Positions 18,984-28,798 of a stretch of 32,000 nucleotides of DNA are shown piece by piece (position 1 is the stretch's first letter; each line of letters opens with the position of its first letter). The DNA comes from Wolbachia endosymbiont of Dirofilaria (Dirofilaria) immitis (GTDB lineage Bacteria; Pseudomonadota; Alphaproteobacteria; Rickettsiales; Anaplasmataceae). Both the position numbers and the translations under genes were made by a program. The notes under the pieces were generated by a model that saw only the letters and a list, made by a program, of their open reading frames with translations, made no database searches and was not told the DNA's origin. Location: contig NZ_CP046578.1 in assembly GCF_013365455.1 (NCBI RefSeq), positions 690,001 to 722,000 of the forward strand, given 5' to 3'.

Positions 18984-19013
18984 TTGACAAAAAAAATCTT
19001 ACGGCATTACTCT
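18984..19013 (+). promoter_or_regulatory. Possible promoter for map
   Basis: Exact TTGACA at 18984-18989 and a weak -10 (TACTCT, 19008-19013, 18-nt spacer). Confidence 0.25.
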
Positions 19014-19087
19014 GTAATAAGCCATAAGCAAGAACTATTAACTTTTGCACAAAAGTGTTATGATAATTACAGTAATACATGGAAAAC

Positions 19088-19870
19088 ATGAATATAACTA
19101 TACATTCACAAGAAGACTTTGATTTTATGCGCAAAGCTGGCAGGTTAGCAGCTGAAACTCTTGATTTTACTGCACCGTATGTAAAGGCAGGGATAACAAC
19201 TAATGAGTTAAATGACTTATGTCATGACTTTATAACCAAAGCAGGCGCAATTCCAGCCCCACTTAATTACAAAGGATATCCTAAGTCAATTTGTACCTCA
19301 AAAAATGCTGTTGTCTGTCATGGTATTCCTGATAATAAACCACTCAAGAGCGGAGATATTTTAAATATAGATGTTACAGTAATTTTAGATGGCTGGCATG
19401 GTGATACAAGCCGCATGTTTTGGGTTGGTAAACCATCAATAAAAGCAAGACGTTTATGTGATGCAACCTATGGTGCATTGATGGAAGCAATAAAACAAGT
19501 CAAGCCTGGCAATAAATTAAATAAAATAGGACTTGCTATAGAAAAATATATTGAAGATTTTGGATATTCTATAGTACGTAACTACTGCGGACATGGTATA
19601 GGAAAAGTCTTCCATGCCCTGCCAAATGTATTACATTTTTATGACAGGAATGAAAATCTTATCTTAAAGGAAGGCATGTTTTTTACAATAGAACCTATGA
19701 TCAACGCTGGGAAGCATGAAACCTTGCTCAGTAAGTTTGACGGCTGGACAGTAACAACATGCGACCTTTCACTTTCTGCACAATTTGAGCACACGCTTGG
19801 AGTAACAAAAGATGGTGTTGAAATATTTACATTATCACCCAAGGACTGGCACTTCCCTCCTTATAACTAA
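19088..19870 (+). CDS. map: Methionine aminopeptidase type I (ORF-track start 19079, alternative ATG 19088)
   Basis: YKGYPKSICTSKNAVVCHGIP, DVTVILDGWHGDTSRMF, CGHGIGKVFHALPNVLHF, EGMFFTIEPMI, SLSAQFEHTLGVTKDGVEIFT. Confidence 0.97.
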   Translation: MNITIHSQEDFDFMRKAGRLAAETLDFTAPYVKAGITTNELNDLCHDFITKAGAIPAPLNYKGYPKSICTSKNAVVCHGIPDNKPLKSGDILNIDVTVILDGWHGDTSRMFWVGKPSIKARRLCDATYGALMEAIKQVKPGNKLNKIGLAIEKYIEDFGYSIVRNYCGHGIGKVFHALPNVLHFYDRNENLILKEGMFFTIEPMINAGKHETLLSKFDGWTVTTCDLSLSAQFEHTLGVTKDGVEIFTLSPKDWHFPPYN

Positions 19871-20414
19871 GCCGCCTTGCAGATATTACTCTGTATCTGT
19901 CTATGATAGCAGTAAAATTTACTTTAAAAGCTAAATAAAATAGCTGTTGTCTATTTCCCTGTCGATTTTAAGGATGATTTTTTTATACGGTGACTCTTAT
20001 AGTCTTGCTAATAAGTTTTATTAGCAACTAAGTCTGAGAAAAAGAATCAAGAGTAGTAAACACTTCTATATTTACTGACAAAGCCTAGAGCAAGAATTAC
20101 AATGATTACCGTAACTTTTTCCTTATCACTAATTAATTATATCTGCTGCTAATGCCTAAAGACCTAGATAGATTTTCCCTTCTTTATTGAAACATTACTC
20201 CACATTCTAGATTATACAGAGAACTTTCTTAGGTATCAAAATAGCTAAGATATTATAAAAATATCTCTAAAAATTAGAGAAGCCACGTACTTCACTATTT
20301 TAAATAGCGAAAACTGGAATTAGTAGGCATATTAATTACCCTTTTGTCATATCAAGCTCTTTCAAGTATATCCACTTTTCAGACCACTTTCTCTTACTCT
20401 CTACATTTGAGTTC

Positions 20415-21689
20415 TTAAAGAACAGAAGAGCATACTTTCTGCAGCACTTTGCTTTTCCCTTTAAAAGGATCAATCTTTTTCTTACTATATTTAATTTTCA
20501 GTGCATCTGATCCTTTAAAGAACTTTTTTCTACCACTATATTTTTTGAACTGTACATTACAATCAAAATTTGGTTCTCCTTCCGTTCTTGAAAGTGCAGG
20601 CAGCCTTCTTTCATCTTGAGGTGTGACAAAAGATAACGCATGTCCTTCAGCTCCAGCTCGTGCAGTCCTACCTATACGATGGATATAGTCAGCCTGCGAT
20701 TGTGGTACATCATAATTGATAACATGTTGAACGTGGGGAATATCAAGACCACGAGAAGCAACATCTGTCGCAACCATAATTTGATTGTAGCCATGACGAA
20801 AAGAATTGATAACCCTTGCACGTTTGTGCTGCCTTAAATCACCATGAATTGCCAAAGCACTATAGTTATCTTTGCGCAATTTGCTAGCTAATTGATCTGC
20901 TCCTTGTTTTGTTTTGACAAAAATAATGATTGACCCTTCACATTGACATAACTGTGCAATAAGCTTACCATATTTTTCAAGCTCTGATGCATAAACAACC
21001 TCTTGCTTAACTTTTGTAGAAACCGTGACCTCATACTCAATAAAAATATACTCCGGTTGATCAAGGTATTCCGCAGCAAGCTTTACTATATTACTAGGAA
21101 GAGTTGCAGAGAACATAAGGGTTTGTCGTATTTTTGGAAGATATTTCATAATTTCTTCAACTTGAACCCCAAAACCCATATCAAACATACGATCTGTTTC
21201 ATCAAGCACAAGAGTATTAAAATTGCGGGCTACTAAAGCTCTACGTTCAATATGGTCTATAATACGACCAGGAGTACCTATCACAATTCGTGGCTTTCTC
21301 CGAAGCTGACTTAGCTGCTTAAAAATAGGCTCACCACCAATTAGCAAGGCAATTTTTAACACAGAATCTTGAGATAAGAGCTTTTTCATTTCATTCATTA
21401 TCTGCTGTGCAAGCTCTCTAGTTGGCACAATGATTAAAGCTGAACTAACAGTAGAATCATTTAATAACTTAGCAATCAACGGAATAGCAAACGCTAAAGT
21501 CTTTCCAGTCCCTGTTTGAGCAGAACCAAGAATATCTTTACCTTGTAGAGCCAGAGGAATCGCCTGTGTTTGAATAGGAGTTGGGATAAAAAAATTAAGT
21601 TTATCCAGAATTTGCTTAAGTGAAACTGGAAGATCCATCTCGTGAAAGCTGCTTATAGATTTGTTAAAAACCCCTACCATCAAAATCAA
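20415..21689 (-). CDS. rhlE: DEAD-box family RNA helicase, RhlE-like (motif II reads DETD)
   Basis: IPTPIQTQAIPLALQGKDILGSAQTGTGKTLAFAIPLI, PTRELAQQI, GTPGRIIDHI, LVLDETDRMFDMGF, MFSATLP, VATDVASRGLDIP, YIHRIGRTARAG. Confidence 0.93.
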   Translation of the reverse strand: MILMVGVFNKSISSFHEMDLPVSLKQILDKLNFFIPTPIQTQAIPLALQGKDILGSAQTGTGKTLAFAIPLIAKLLNDSTVSSALIIVPTRELAQQIMNEMKKLLSQDSVLKIALLIGGEPIFKQLSQLRRKPRIVIGTPGRIIDHIERRALVARNFNTLVLDETDRMFDMGFGVQVEEIMKYLPKIRQTLMFSATLPSNIVKLAAEYLDQPEYIFIEYEVTVSTKVKQEVVYASELEKYGKLIAQLCQCEGSIIIFVKTKQGADQLASKLRKDNYSALAIHGDLRQHKRARVINSFRHGYNQIMVATDVASRGLDIPHVQHVINYDVPQSQADYIHRIGRTARAGAEGHALSFVTPQDERRLPALSRTEGEPNFDCNVQFKKYSGRKKFFKGSDALKIKYSKKKIDPFKGKSKVLQKVCSSVL

Positions 21690-21690
21690 G

Positions 21691-21945
21691 TTAACCTTCT
21701 AACAACTTTAAGTTTATTGCAGATTTTCTCTCTTCTCCATTTTTACCACGCTCCTCCCTGAGCTCATAGCTCACCCTTTCCCCTTTTATTCCCTTTTCCT
21801 TATTTTCCCCTTTAAGAGAGTCAGGCCTGATCCCTGAACGCTCTAATGTACTAATGTGCACAAAAACATCACTACCCTTAGCTTCTGGTTTAATAAAACC
21901 ATAACCTTTTTCAGTACTAAACCACTTTATATTACCAAATTCCAT
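21691..21945 (-). CDS. Cold-shock domain protein
   Basis: MEFGNIKWFSTEKGYGFIKPEAKGSDVFVHISTLERSG (RNP1-like KGYGFI and RNP2-like VFVHI). Confidence 0.92.
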   Translation of the reverse strand: MEFGNIKWFSTEKGYGFIKPEAKGSDVFVHISTLERSGIRPDSLKGENKEKGIKGERVSYELREERGKNGEERKSAINLKLLEG

Positions 21946-22122
21946 TTAAACAACCCTTAAAACTATTAACTAGTATTACTAACGTGACAAAAAACTTTGA
22001 AATTACAATTAAAAATGCTTGAAGCTTAGCTATTGAAACTAACCCCCATATACTTCATAGTCTCTATTCCAACATTACATGATTATAGTACACAACTATT
22101 GTATTTAATGCAACTAGAATTT

Positions 22123-23457
22123 CTAATTACCGAGCGAACCTGCAACTGTCATTTCACTAACTCTAATCGTTGGCGAATTAAACTGCCCACAAAAAGTTAA
22201 ATCGTTTGCAACAACTAAGTTAGCAAACATATCTTTTAAGTTACTAGCAATAGTAACCTCGTGTACTGGATATGTTATTTTCCCATTCTCTATAAAAAAA
22301 CCTGATGCACCTTGACTGTAATCACCATTAACTAAGTTAATACCAAAACCAAATAAATCAGTTACATATACTCCCTCCTTCACTTCCTCAATTAATTCTT
22401 CAAACGATACATTACCATTTTCAATATAGAAGTTACTAGCCGCAGGAATGATTGCAGCGTTGCTTGCACGCATTGCGTTTCCAGTTGTTTCTAAGTTCAG
22501 TTTTTTAGCTGAGTATAGATCTAAAATCCAATTTTGTAGCACTCCGTTCTTTATAAGTGCGTTTTTTTTACTAATCACCCCCTCTCCATCAAAAGGCCTT
22601 GATTCTGTACCCTTTAGTAATAATGGGTTATCAGTAATATTAACTCTATCACTAAAAACCTGAGTATTTAAACTATTTCTCAAGAAAGAACTGTTACTTA
22701 CAATACTACTGCCATTTACAGCAGAAGCAAAACTTTTCACTAGTTCTTTTGCTGCTCTTTTTTCAAAAATAACTGGAAGTTTACCAGTCTTAATTGAACG
22801 TGAATTCAATTGATCAATTGCTCTTTTCGCTGCTTCTTTTCCTATTAACTTTGGCGATTTTAAATCTTTGAAATTACACGCTATATCATAACTATAGCCA
22901 GCCTTCATTTTACTTTTCTCTCCAGCAATAATAGAAACCCAGTTAGCAAAGGTTGATTTACTAAATGAGCCAATAAACCCAGAAACAGTAAATAATACTG
23001 TATTTACTAAAGTATATGAAGCAGAAGCTCCTTCAGAATTAACTATTTTCTCATACAAAAAAGCTGAACTTTCCGCAGCTTCAGCAATTTCTTTTAGATT
23101 ATCAATAGTTATAATATTATTATCTAAGATACCTAAATCCGCAGAAGAAGTATAACCACCTCCATCTACAGCAAAATTAATGTAGGGGTCCTCCGGTGCA
23201 TTCTCTGCCATCTCTACTACTTGGCTCACCGTATTACTAAGATTGTTTAAATCATTCGTAGAAATATATGCAGCTTTGGTTTTGCCTGCTATAGCTCTGA
23301 TTCCTACAGTGCAATTTTTAGATTGTGATATTTGTTCAATTTTTGAGAGGCGTTGAGAAACTGAAATTTTGTTAATTTCATATATTGAAACTTCTGCATC
23401 TTGATTTTTCTCTTTCACTAGCTTTACAATATCCGCTGCAATATTTAATATATTCAT
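22123..23457 (-). CDS. pmbA: Metalloprotease-related PmbA/TldE family protein
   Basis: TGNAMRASNAAIIPAASNFYIENG...EGVYVTDLFGFGINLVNGDYSQGASGFFIENGKITYPVHEVTIASNLKDMF. Confidence 0.88.
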   Translation of the reverse strand: MNILNIAADIVKLVKEKNQDAEVSIYEINKISVSQRLSKIEQISQSKNCTVGIRAIAGKTKAAYISTNDLNNLSNTVSQVVEMAENAPEDPYINFAVDGGGYTSSADLGILDNNIITIDNLKEIAEAAESSAFLYEKIVNSEGASASYTLVNTVLFTVSGFIGSFSKSTFANWVSIIAGEKSKMKAGYSYDIACNFKDLKSPKLIGKEAAKRAIDQLNSRSIKTGKLPVIFEKRAAKELVKSFASAVNGSSIVSNSSFLRNSLNTQVFSDRVNITDNPLLLKGTESRPFDGEGVISKKNALIKNGVLQNWILDLYSAKKLNLETTGNAMRASNAAIIPAASNFYIENGNVSFEELIEEVKEGVYVTDLFGFGINLVNGDYSQGASGFFIENGKITYPVHEVTIASNLKDMFANLVVANDLTFCGQFNSPTIRVSEMTVAGSLGN

Positions 23458-23475
23458 TTTATCCTCTCAGGTTTT

Positions 23476-24348
23476 TTATAAAGATTCTGCACCACCTACT
23501 ACTTCAATCAAATCTGTTGTAATTGCTGTTTGACGAGAACGATTGTAAAGCAGAGTTAATTTATTTAACATTTCTTTAGTATTTCTATTTGCTGATTCCA
23601 TAGCAACCATTCTAGCGCTGTTCTCACTTACTGCACTTTCAAGTGAAGCAGAGTAAAGAGCAGCTATAACGTAATCCTGAATCAAAGATTGTAAAATAAA
23701 TTCAGTATTTTGTGGCTCACACTCAGAGCTATAATCTATTATAGAAGTAGCTAAAGAACTATCAATCAAAGATGAGACTTTACTCCATGGCTTTATTGTT
23801 TCCAATATTGGTTTTTGTGTTAAGGAGTTATAAAATTTATTATAGAAAACTTTGATTTCATTGTATTTACTAAAATTAATACTATTAACTAAAAATTCTA
23901 CTCTTCTGAACGTAATTCCCTTACTATTTTCAATCTTCAAAATACCTTTAGGATCAAACCTATTTTTACTCATATCAAAAGCTTTATTGCCAAGAAATAT
24001 AACATCTACTTTTTTACCATTCGCAATTAATCTATTAATATTTTCTTGACTAAACCTTACAATAGAAGAATTAAAATTACCACATAAGCCACGGTCAGAT
24101 GCAATAATAAATACCAGACAAGTACTGCTACCATCAATATTTAAAATCTTTGTTAGCAGTTCTTGATCAACTGACACCAGCAATGAAGAAACAATGTTAT
24201 GCAGCTTAGATATATACAATTTTGAACTTGATAACCTTTTTTTACTCTGCAATAACTTTGCTGCAGAAACCATTTGCATTATCTTCGTGATTTTTTGCAC
24301 AGACTTAATATTCTTAATCCTTAAAGATAATTCCTTTAAGCTCTTCAT
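23476..24348 (-). CDS. atpG: ATP synthase F1 gamma subunit
   Basis: [96 protein letters not shown]. Confidence 0.97.
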   Translation of the reverse strand: MKSLKELSLRIKNIKSVQKITKIMQMVSAAKLLQSKKRLSSSKLYISKLHNIVSSLLVSVDQELLTKILNIDGSSTCLVFIIASDRGLCGNFNSSIVRFSQENINRLIANGKKVDVIFLGNKAFDMSKNRFDPKGILKIENSKGITFRRVEFLVNSINFSKYNEIKVFYNKFYNSLTQKPILETIKPWSKVSSLIDSSLATSIIDYSSECEPQNTEFILQSLIQDYVIAALYSASLESAVSENSARMVAMESANRNTKEMLNKLTLLYNRSRQTAITTDLIEVVGGAESL

Positions 24349-24647
24349 TCCATGAATAACTACGATCTACCAAAGAGTACAATTGTTCATTTAAAAAAAC
24401 AAGTTTTTTAACACAAAGAGGACACAAGATACATAGTATTAGAATTAGTGTTTATAATGTTACCTAAGTAGTTAATACTAGAAATTTTAAAAAAGAAATA
24501 CAGGTTGCAGTTCCTACATGTTGACAATGCCATCTGTTGTAAAAACAAATATTTACCTATAATTGTGATTAACTATAAATACTTAAGAAGCTTACTAAGT
24601 AGAAAAAAGGTAAAAGAAACCTCTTGGCAGCTGGTTATTTATTTTCT

Positions 24648-24743
24648 AACTCTGAAAGCTAACATTTTACACTATCTTAAACAATTTATAAGCACGCTTC
24701 AGTTTAAAAAACCTAAAAGCCTTTAGGTCAAATCTAATAAAGC
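24648..24743. repeat. Intergenic diverged repeat, copy B
   Basis: TAACTCTGAAAGCTAACATTTTACACTATCTTAAACAATTTATAAGCACGCTTCAGTTTAAAAAACCTAAAAGCCTTTAGGTCAAATCTAATAAAG; includes the identical block AACAATTTATAAGC. Confidence 0.6.
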
Positions 24744-24978
24744 CATGAATCACAGATAGTGTAAAAAAACTAAATATAAGATATTAACCAAATATATAAC
24801 TTTCATTATTTAACCTGCATAGCTTTAAAATAATTAAATATTTTCGTTGCCATGAAGAGAAAATTGGCAAGTTTTACCAAGTAGTTCTATGACTGTACTC
24901 GAATTTATGAAGTCAAAATGTTTGTGCAGTGTAGATAATAAGGAACAAGTACTAAAATTATAAGTTTACAGCACCTTC

Positions 24979-26860
24979 TCACTTCCGCTCAAACAATTTT
25001 TCAATATCACTTAGTTTCATTTCTATATAAGTTGGCCTTCCGTGGTTACACTGTCCAGAATATGGCGTCTCTTCCATCTGCCTAAGTAGCATATCCATTT
25101 CTTCCAATTCCATTTTTCTGCCAGCTCTAATTGACCCACGGCAAGCAACCGTAGCTAATATCTTATTCACTCTATCTTCTATTGGTAAAGTATCTTCCAT
25201 TTCTGTTAATCTATCAACTATACTCATCAGCATCTCCTTCACATCTATTATCCCCAAAATTGCAGGTATTTCTCTTACTACGATTTCATTCTCTGATTTG
25301 ATTTCAATATCAAAACCTATTTCAAAAAGCTTATCTTTATAAATTTCAACCATCTCTATTCCAGATTGATTTTTAATCTCAACCGCTTCAGGAAGAAGAA
25401 GCTTCTGTCTTTTTATGCTTGACTTTCGTTTTAAACACTCATAAATTAACCTCTCGTGAGCTGCATGCTGATCAACTATAATCAATTTATCTCTAGCCTC
25501 AGCAATAATATAAACATTATAAACCTGACAACGTGCAAAACCGAGAGGATAGCTTTTTATCAAATTAATTTGTTCCTCTTCTAGAACCATAGTCTTTACC
25601 TGTGACAGAGATTTTCGCACACCATCATAACCACCAAATGACTCCCACCGCTTCAACAAGCTTTTCTTCCCCTTATTTGGTAAACTAAATCTTTCCATTA
25701 TCCGACTTTCTAAATAGCTTGAGCTTGGCTTTTTTTTGTAAAATCTTTCGTGAGTACCAGTTACACTAGGTAACACACCTTTAATAAAACTATCTGTTAT
25801 TGAAGTAACTGGATGCTGAAATTTAGTGCAGATTCCAGAGTTATACATTGAAACGACATCAGAGACACCTATTTTCCTTGATAATGCTTTTATTAACTCT
25901 CTTGTTACTATCTCATATATAGCCCTCTTATTCTGAAACCTCACCTCTAATTTGTTCGGATGCACATTTACATCCACCTGGTCATATGGTAACTCTAAAT
26001 GTAACGCTACAAAGGGGTACCTATTACTCGGAATAAAATCATGATACGCATATCGAATTGCACTAATCAATAGATCGTCTTTAATTGGTCTCCTATTAAC
26101 AAACGTATAGATTATAGTTGACTTACTACGATTAACAGTTGGCTTACAGATGTGTCCTATAAGTCTAATACCGTCTTTTTCTCCATCAATTCTCAAAGCA
26201 TTACCCTGAAACTCCTCTTCTATTTCACATAATCTACTAAATAATGAAGCCTGCTTAGGGTATTTCAAGAGCTTTTTATTGTCTGAAGTGAGATTAAACC
26301 CAATATCATAGTTGATCATTGCTAAGTTATTTATAATATCAACAATGTTTTGAGTTTCTGCTCTTTCAGTCTTTAAAAATTTCAGTCTATTTGGAGTAGC
26401 AAAAAATAAATCACGAACTTCAACGTGCGTACCCTGAGATAAAGAGCAAGGAGTAATCTCTAGTACTCTTTCTCCACCCTCATAACTTATAGACCAAGCT
26501 TCACTTTCTCCTCTTACTCTAGACGATAATTTTACCCTACTTACTGCTGCTATCGATGGTAGCGCCTCCCCCCTAAAGCCAAGATGCTTAATTTCCATTA
26601 ATTTACTATCGTTCACAATTTTGAAGTAGTATAGCGCATAATGCAAGTTCCAAATCACTCTTCCCTATTCCACTCCCATTATCTATCAACAGTATATAAG
26701 ATTAGCACACCACTTTCTATTTTAATCTCTATCTTTGAACTCCCAGCATCTATTGCATTTTCTACTAGTTCCTTAACTACACTTGCTGGCTTCTCAATTA
26801 CTTCTCCTGCTTGCTAGCTATACGATTTATGGTTTTTGCATCTAAAAGAACTATTGCCAT
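24979..26860 (-). pseudogene. mutL: DNA mismatch repair protein MutL: 5' end frameshifted, 3' 559 codons (24979-26658) open
   Basis: Minus strand from ATG 26860 gives MAIVLLDAKTINRIA, then a net +5 nt shift into [34 protein letters not shown], then [15 protein letters not shown] in a third frame, then [32 protein letters not shown] in the frame of the annotated ORF. Confidence 0.85.
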
Positions 26861-26867
26861 TGGTCTG

Positions 26868-27359
26868 TCATAGCACTGGTTTTTCTTTTACTGAATCGGT
26901 TTGTTTTTTTCTCCATTTTTTCAACCTACCTGCAATTTCACTGTTAGAAATTGATAATATAGATGCAGCAGCAATAGCAGCATTGTATGCCCCATTTTCT
27001 CCTACAGACATTGTTGCAACCGGAACACCCTTTGGCATCTGCACTATAGATAATAGACTATCCAACCCACTCAACTCTTTACTATACATAGGAACACCAA
27101 CAACAGGCAAATAAGTAAGCGACGCCACCATACCAGGTAAATGAGCTGCTCCCCCTGCACCAGCTATAATAATTTTATAACCCTTTTCTTGCGCAGATTT
27201 AGCAAAATTAAAGAGTCTTTCTGGTGTCCTATGCGCAGATATTATAAATATATCATGTGAAATTTCTAATGCCTCTAACATGTCAACAGTATAAACCATA
27301 GTGCTATAGTCTGACTGGCTTCCCATAATTACAGCAACATCCTTCCCCATTTCTGCCAT
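26868..27359 (-). CDS. purE: 5-(carboxyamino)imidazole ribonucleotide mutase
   Basis: [79 protein letters not shown]. Confidence 0.97.
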   Translation of the reverse strand: MAEMGKDVAVIMGSQSDYSTMVYTVDMLEALEISHDIFIISAHRTPERLFNFAKSAQEKGYKIIIAGAGGAAHLPGMVASLTYLPVVGVPMYSKELSGLDSLLSIVQMPKGVPVATMSVGENGAYNAAIAAASILSISNSEIAGRLKKWRKKQTDSVKEKPVL

Positions 27360-27659
27360 ATTAAATATAATTCATCTACTAACTAAACAATACCTAAGTT
27401 AAAAACAACAAATATTTGAACTATATTACGAGCAATAGTATATAATATCTTCGTTAAAATAAAAATTATAAGTAAGTACCTATATTTTATAAGATATAGA
27501 ACATAAATTTCTCTTTTCTCACACAAGATAAAAAAATTCACTCTAAGTTTTATAGTTATTACTTGTTCTTGCTATGAATGACCTTTTTAGATTAAATAAC
27601 GATTTAAGATTAAGATAAATTTGATAAAAATATCAATAGATAATAAACTCAAAGTCCTG

Positions 27660-27709
27660 AGTATTAATATCATATAATTATTCAGCACAAGTTATATGAT
27701 ATTAATACT
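27660..27709. repeat. Perfect 18-bp inverted repeat (arms 27660-27677 and 27692-27709, 14-nt spacer); candidate operator
   Basis: AGTATTAATATCATATAA ... TTATATGATATTAATACT. Confidence 0.85.
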
Positions 27710-27737
27710 TTGAGATATTAAATTTATGTTGTAATGT
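27710..27737 (+). promoter_or_regulatory. Candidate promoter of the XRE-family regulator gene
   Basis: TTGAGA (27710-27715), 16-nt spacer, TAATGT (27732-27737); directly abuts the inverted repeat and is 29 nt upstream of ATG 27767. Confidence 0.35.
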
Positions 27738-27766
27738 TTTACAGAGCTATTAATAGGTGAGTGTAT

Positions 27767-28048
27767 ATGGAAATAATATCGTTAAATAATAATTCATGCA
27801 ATGTAGAAGTAAAAAAGAAGTTGCTTAACATAATTAGCAAAGTCATAGAAAGAAATGCTTGGACTCAAGCTCATGCAGCCGAAAAGCTAGGTGTTGACCA
27901 ACCAAAGATATCACAAATTAAAAATGGCAAAACAGATGGTTTTTCTCTAGAGCGCTTGTTAAGCTTCCTCAAAAAATTCGAACATGAAATAACAATTACG
28001 ATAACAGAAAACCAAGCAGTAAGACCTGAACATGAAGCTAGATCTTAA
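27767..28048 (+). CDS. XRE-family helix-turn-helix regulator (orphan antitoxin-like)
   Basis: KLLNIISKVIERNAWTQAHAAEKLGVDQPKISQIKNGKTDGFSLERLLSFLKKFEHEITITI is a clear HTH region. ORF-track start is GTG 27761; ATG at 27767. Confidence 0.85.
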   Translation: MEIISLNNNSCNVEVKKKLLNIISKVIERNAWTQAHAAEKLGVDQPKISQIKNGKTDGFSLERLLSFLKKFEHEITITITENQAVRPEHEARS

Positions 28049-28061
28049 CAGAGATACATAG

Positions 28062-28088
28062 TTGACATTTTGTTTTCCATAGTATAGT
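28062..28088 (+). promoter_or_regulatory. Candidate sigma-70 promoter for rpoZ
   Basis: TTGACA (28062-28067), 15-nt spacer, TATAGT (28083-28088), 25 nt upstream of the rpoZ ATG. Confidence 0.45.
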
Positions 28089-28113
28089 GTAAACCTTATT
28101 CAGGTAGTGTTTT

Positions 28114-28518
28114 ATGGCTGAATCCATTATCGAAAAATGTATAGGGCAGGTAAATAACCGCTTTAAGTTAGCTCTGTTAGCAAGTCAGAGGACACATGAT
28201 TTAAATACAGGAGCAAGAAGTTCAATTCAAACAGCTGAGTTCAAGGGCCATAAAAATACTATTATTTCCTTATATGAAATAGCAGAAAGGCAAGTTGATG
28301 TTTATGAGCTGTTTAGTCTTTTGGTAAGTAGGTGTAAAGGATACATGAAAGGAAATATAAGTAACACAAATAATCTAGAAAGGCTACTAAGTTCTTTCAA
28401 TGATAGATTTAACATAAGCTCCAGTGCAGGTCAAGAGAGTACTAATATTCAAGACAACAAAGTAAAAAGTGAAATGGATAATCAAGATGACAAAGATGAC
28501 AGAAAACAAATCAAGTAG
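28114..28518 (+). CDS. rpoZ: DNA-directed RNA polymerase omega subunit
   Basis: N-terminal region VNNRFKLALLASQRTHDLNTGA (omega signature), with a polar C-terminal tail. Confidence 0.85.
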   Translation: MAESIIEKCIGQVNNRFKLALLASQRTHDLNTGARSSIQTAEFKGHKNTIISLYEIAERQVDVYELFSLLVSRCKGYMKGNISNTNNLERLLSSFNDRFNISSSAGQESTNIQDNKVKSEMDNQDDKDDRKQIK

Positions 28519-28546
28519 AGTAGTACTGAAGTTGTATAATTTATAA

Positions 28547-28795
28547 ATGATTCACGTTACTATTTATGTACTACTGTTTTGCATTATTGCAATGTTATAC
28601 TATATAGTATCCAACTCAAATGATGTTTATAATAAGGTGCTAGCGTTTAATAGTTTTTCAACACAAGTAATTCTACTCATATCAGCAACATCAATTATTT
28701 TAAACAGTTTCTTTTTGCTTGATATAGCGCTAGTATATGCTAGTATTAGCTTTATATCAACTATAGCATTAATGAAATTAATGTTGCTTCAATAA
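28547..28795 (+). CDS. mnhF: Na+/H+ antiporter subunit F (MrpF/MnhF-like)
   Basis: ~80-aa three-TM protein with SNSNDVYNKVLAFNSFSTQV...LLDIALVYASISFISTIALMKL, directly upstream of mnhG-like gene. Confidence 0.75.
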   Translation: MIHVTIYVLLFCIIAMLYYIVSNSNDVYNKVLAFNSFSTQVILLISATSIILNSFFLLDIALVYASISFISTIALMKLMLLQ

Positions 28796-28798
28796 TCC

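Noticed and set aside
20640-21236. ORFs on the plus strand and in alternative frames within rhlE
   Set aside because: Overlap all helicase motifs of rhlE and have no independent support.
22448-24049. Plus-strand ORFs inside pmbA and atpG
   Set aside because: Antisense to well-supported conserved genes, with no family motifs.
24394-24409. AAAAAAC-AA-GTTTTTT hairpin upstream of atpG considered as terminator or promoter element
   Set aside because: Almost pure A/T with a 2-nt loop, which is expected by chance at this base composition.
26836-27114. 92-aa plus-strand ORF over purE
   Set aside because: Antisense shadow of purE.
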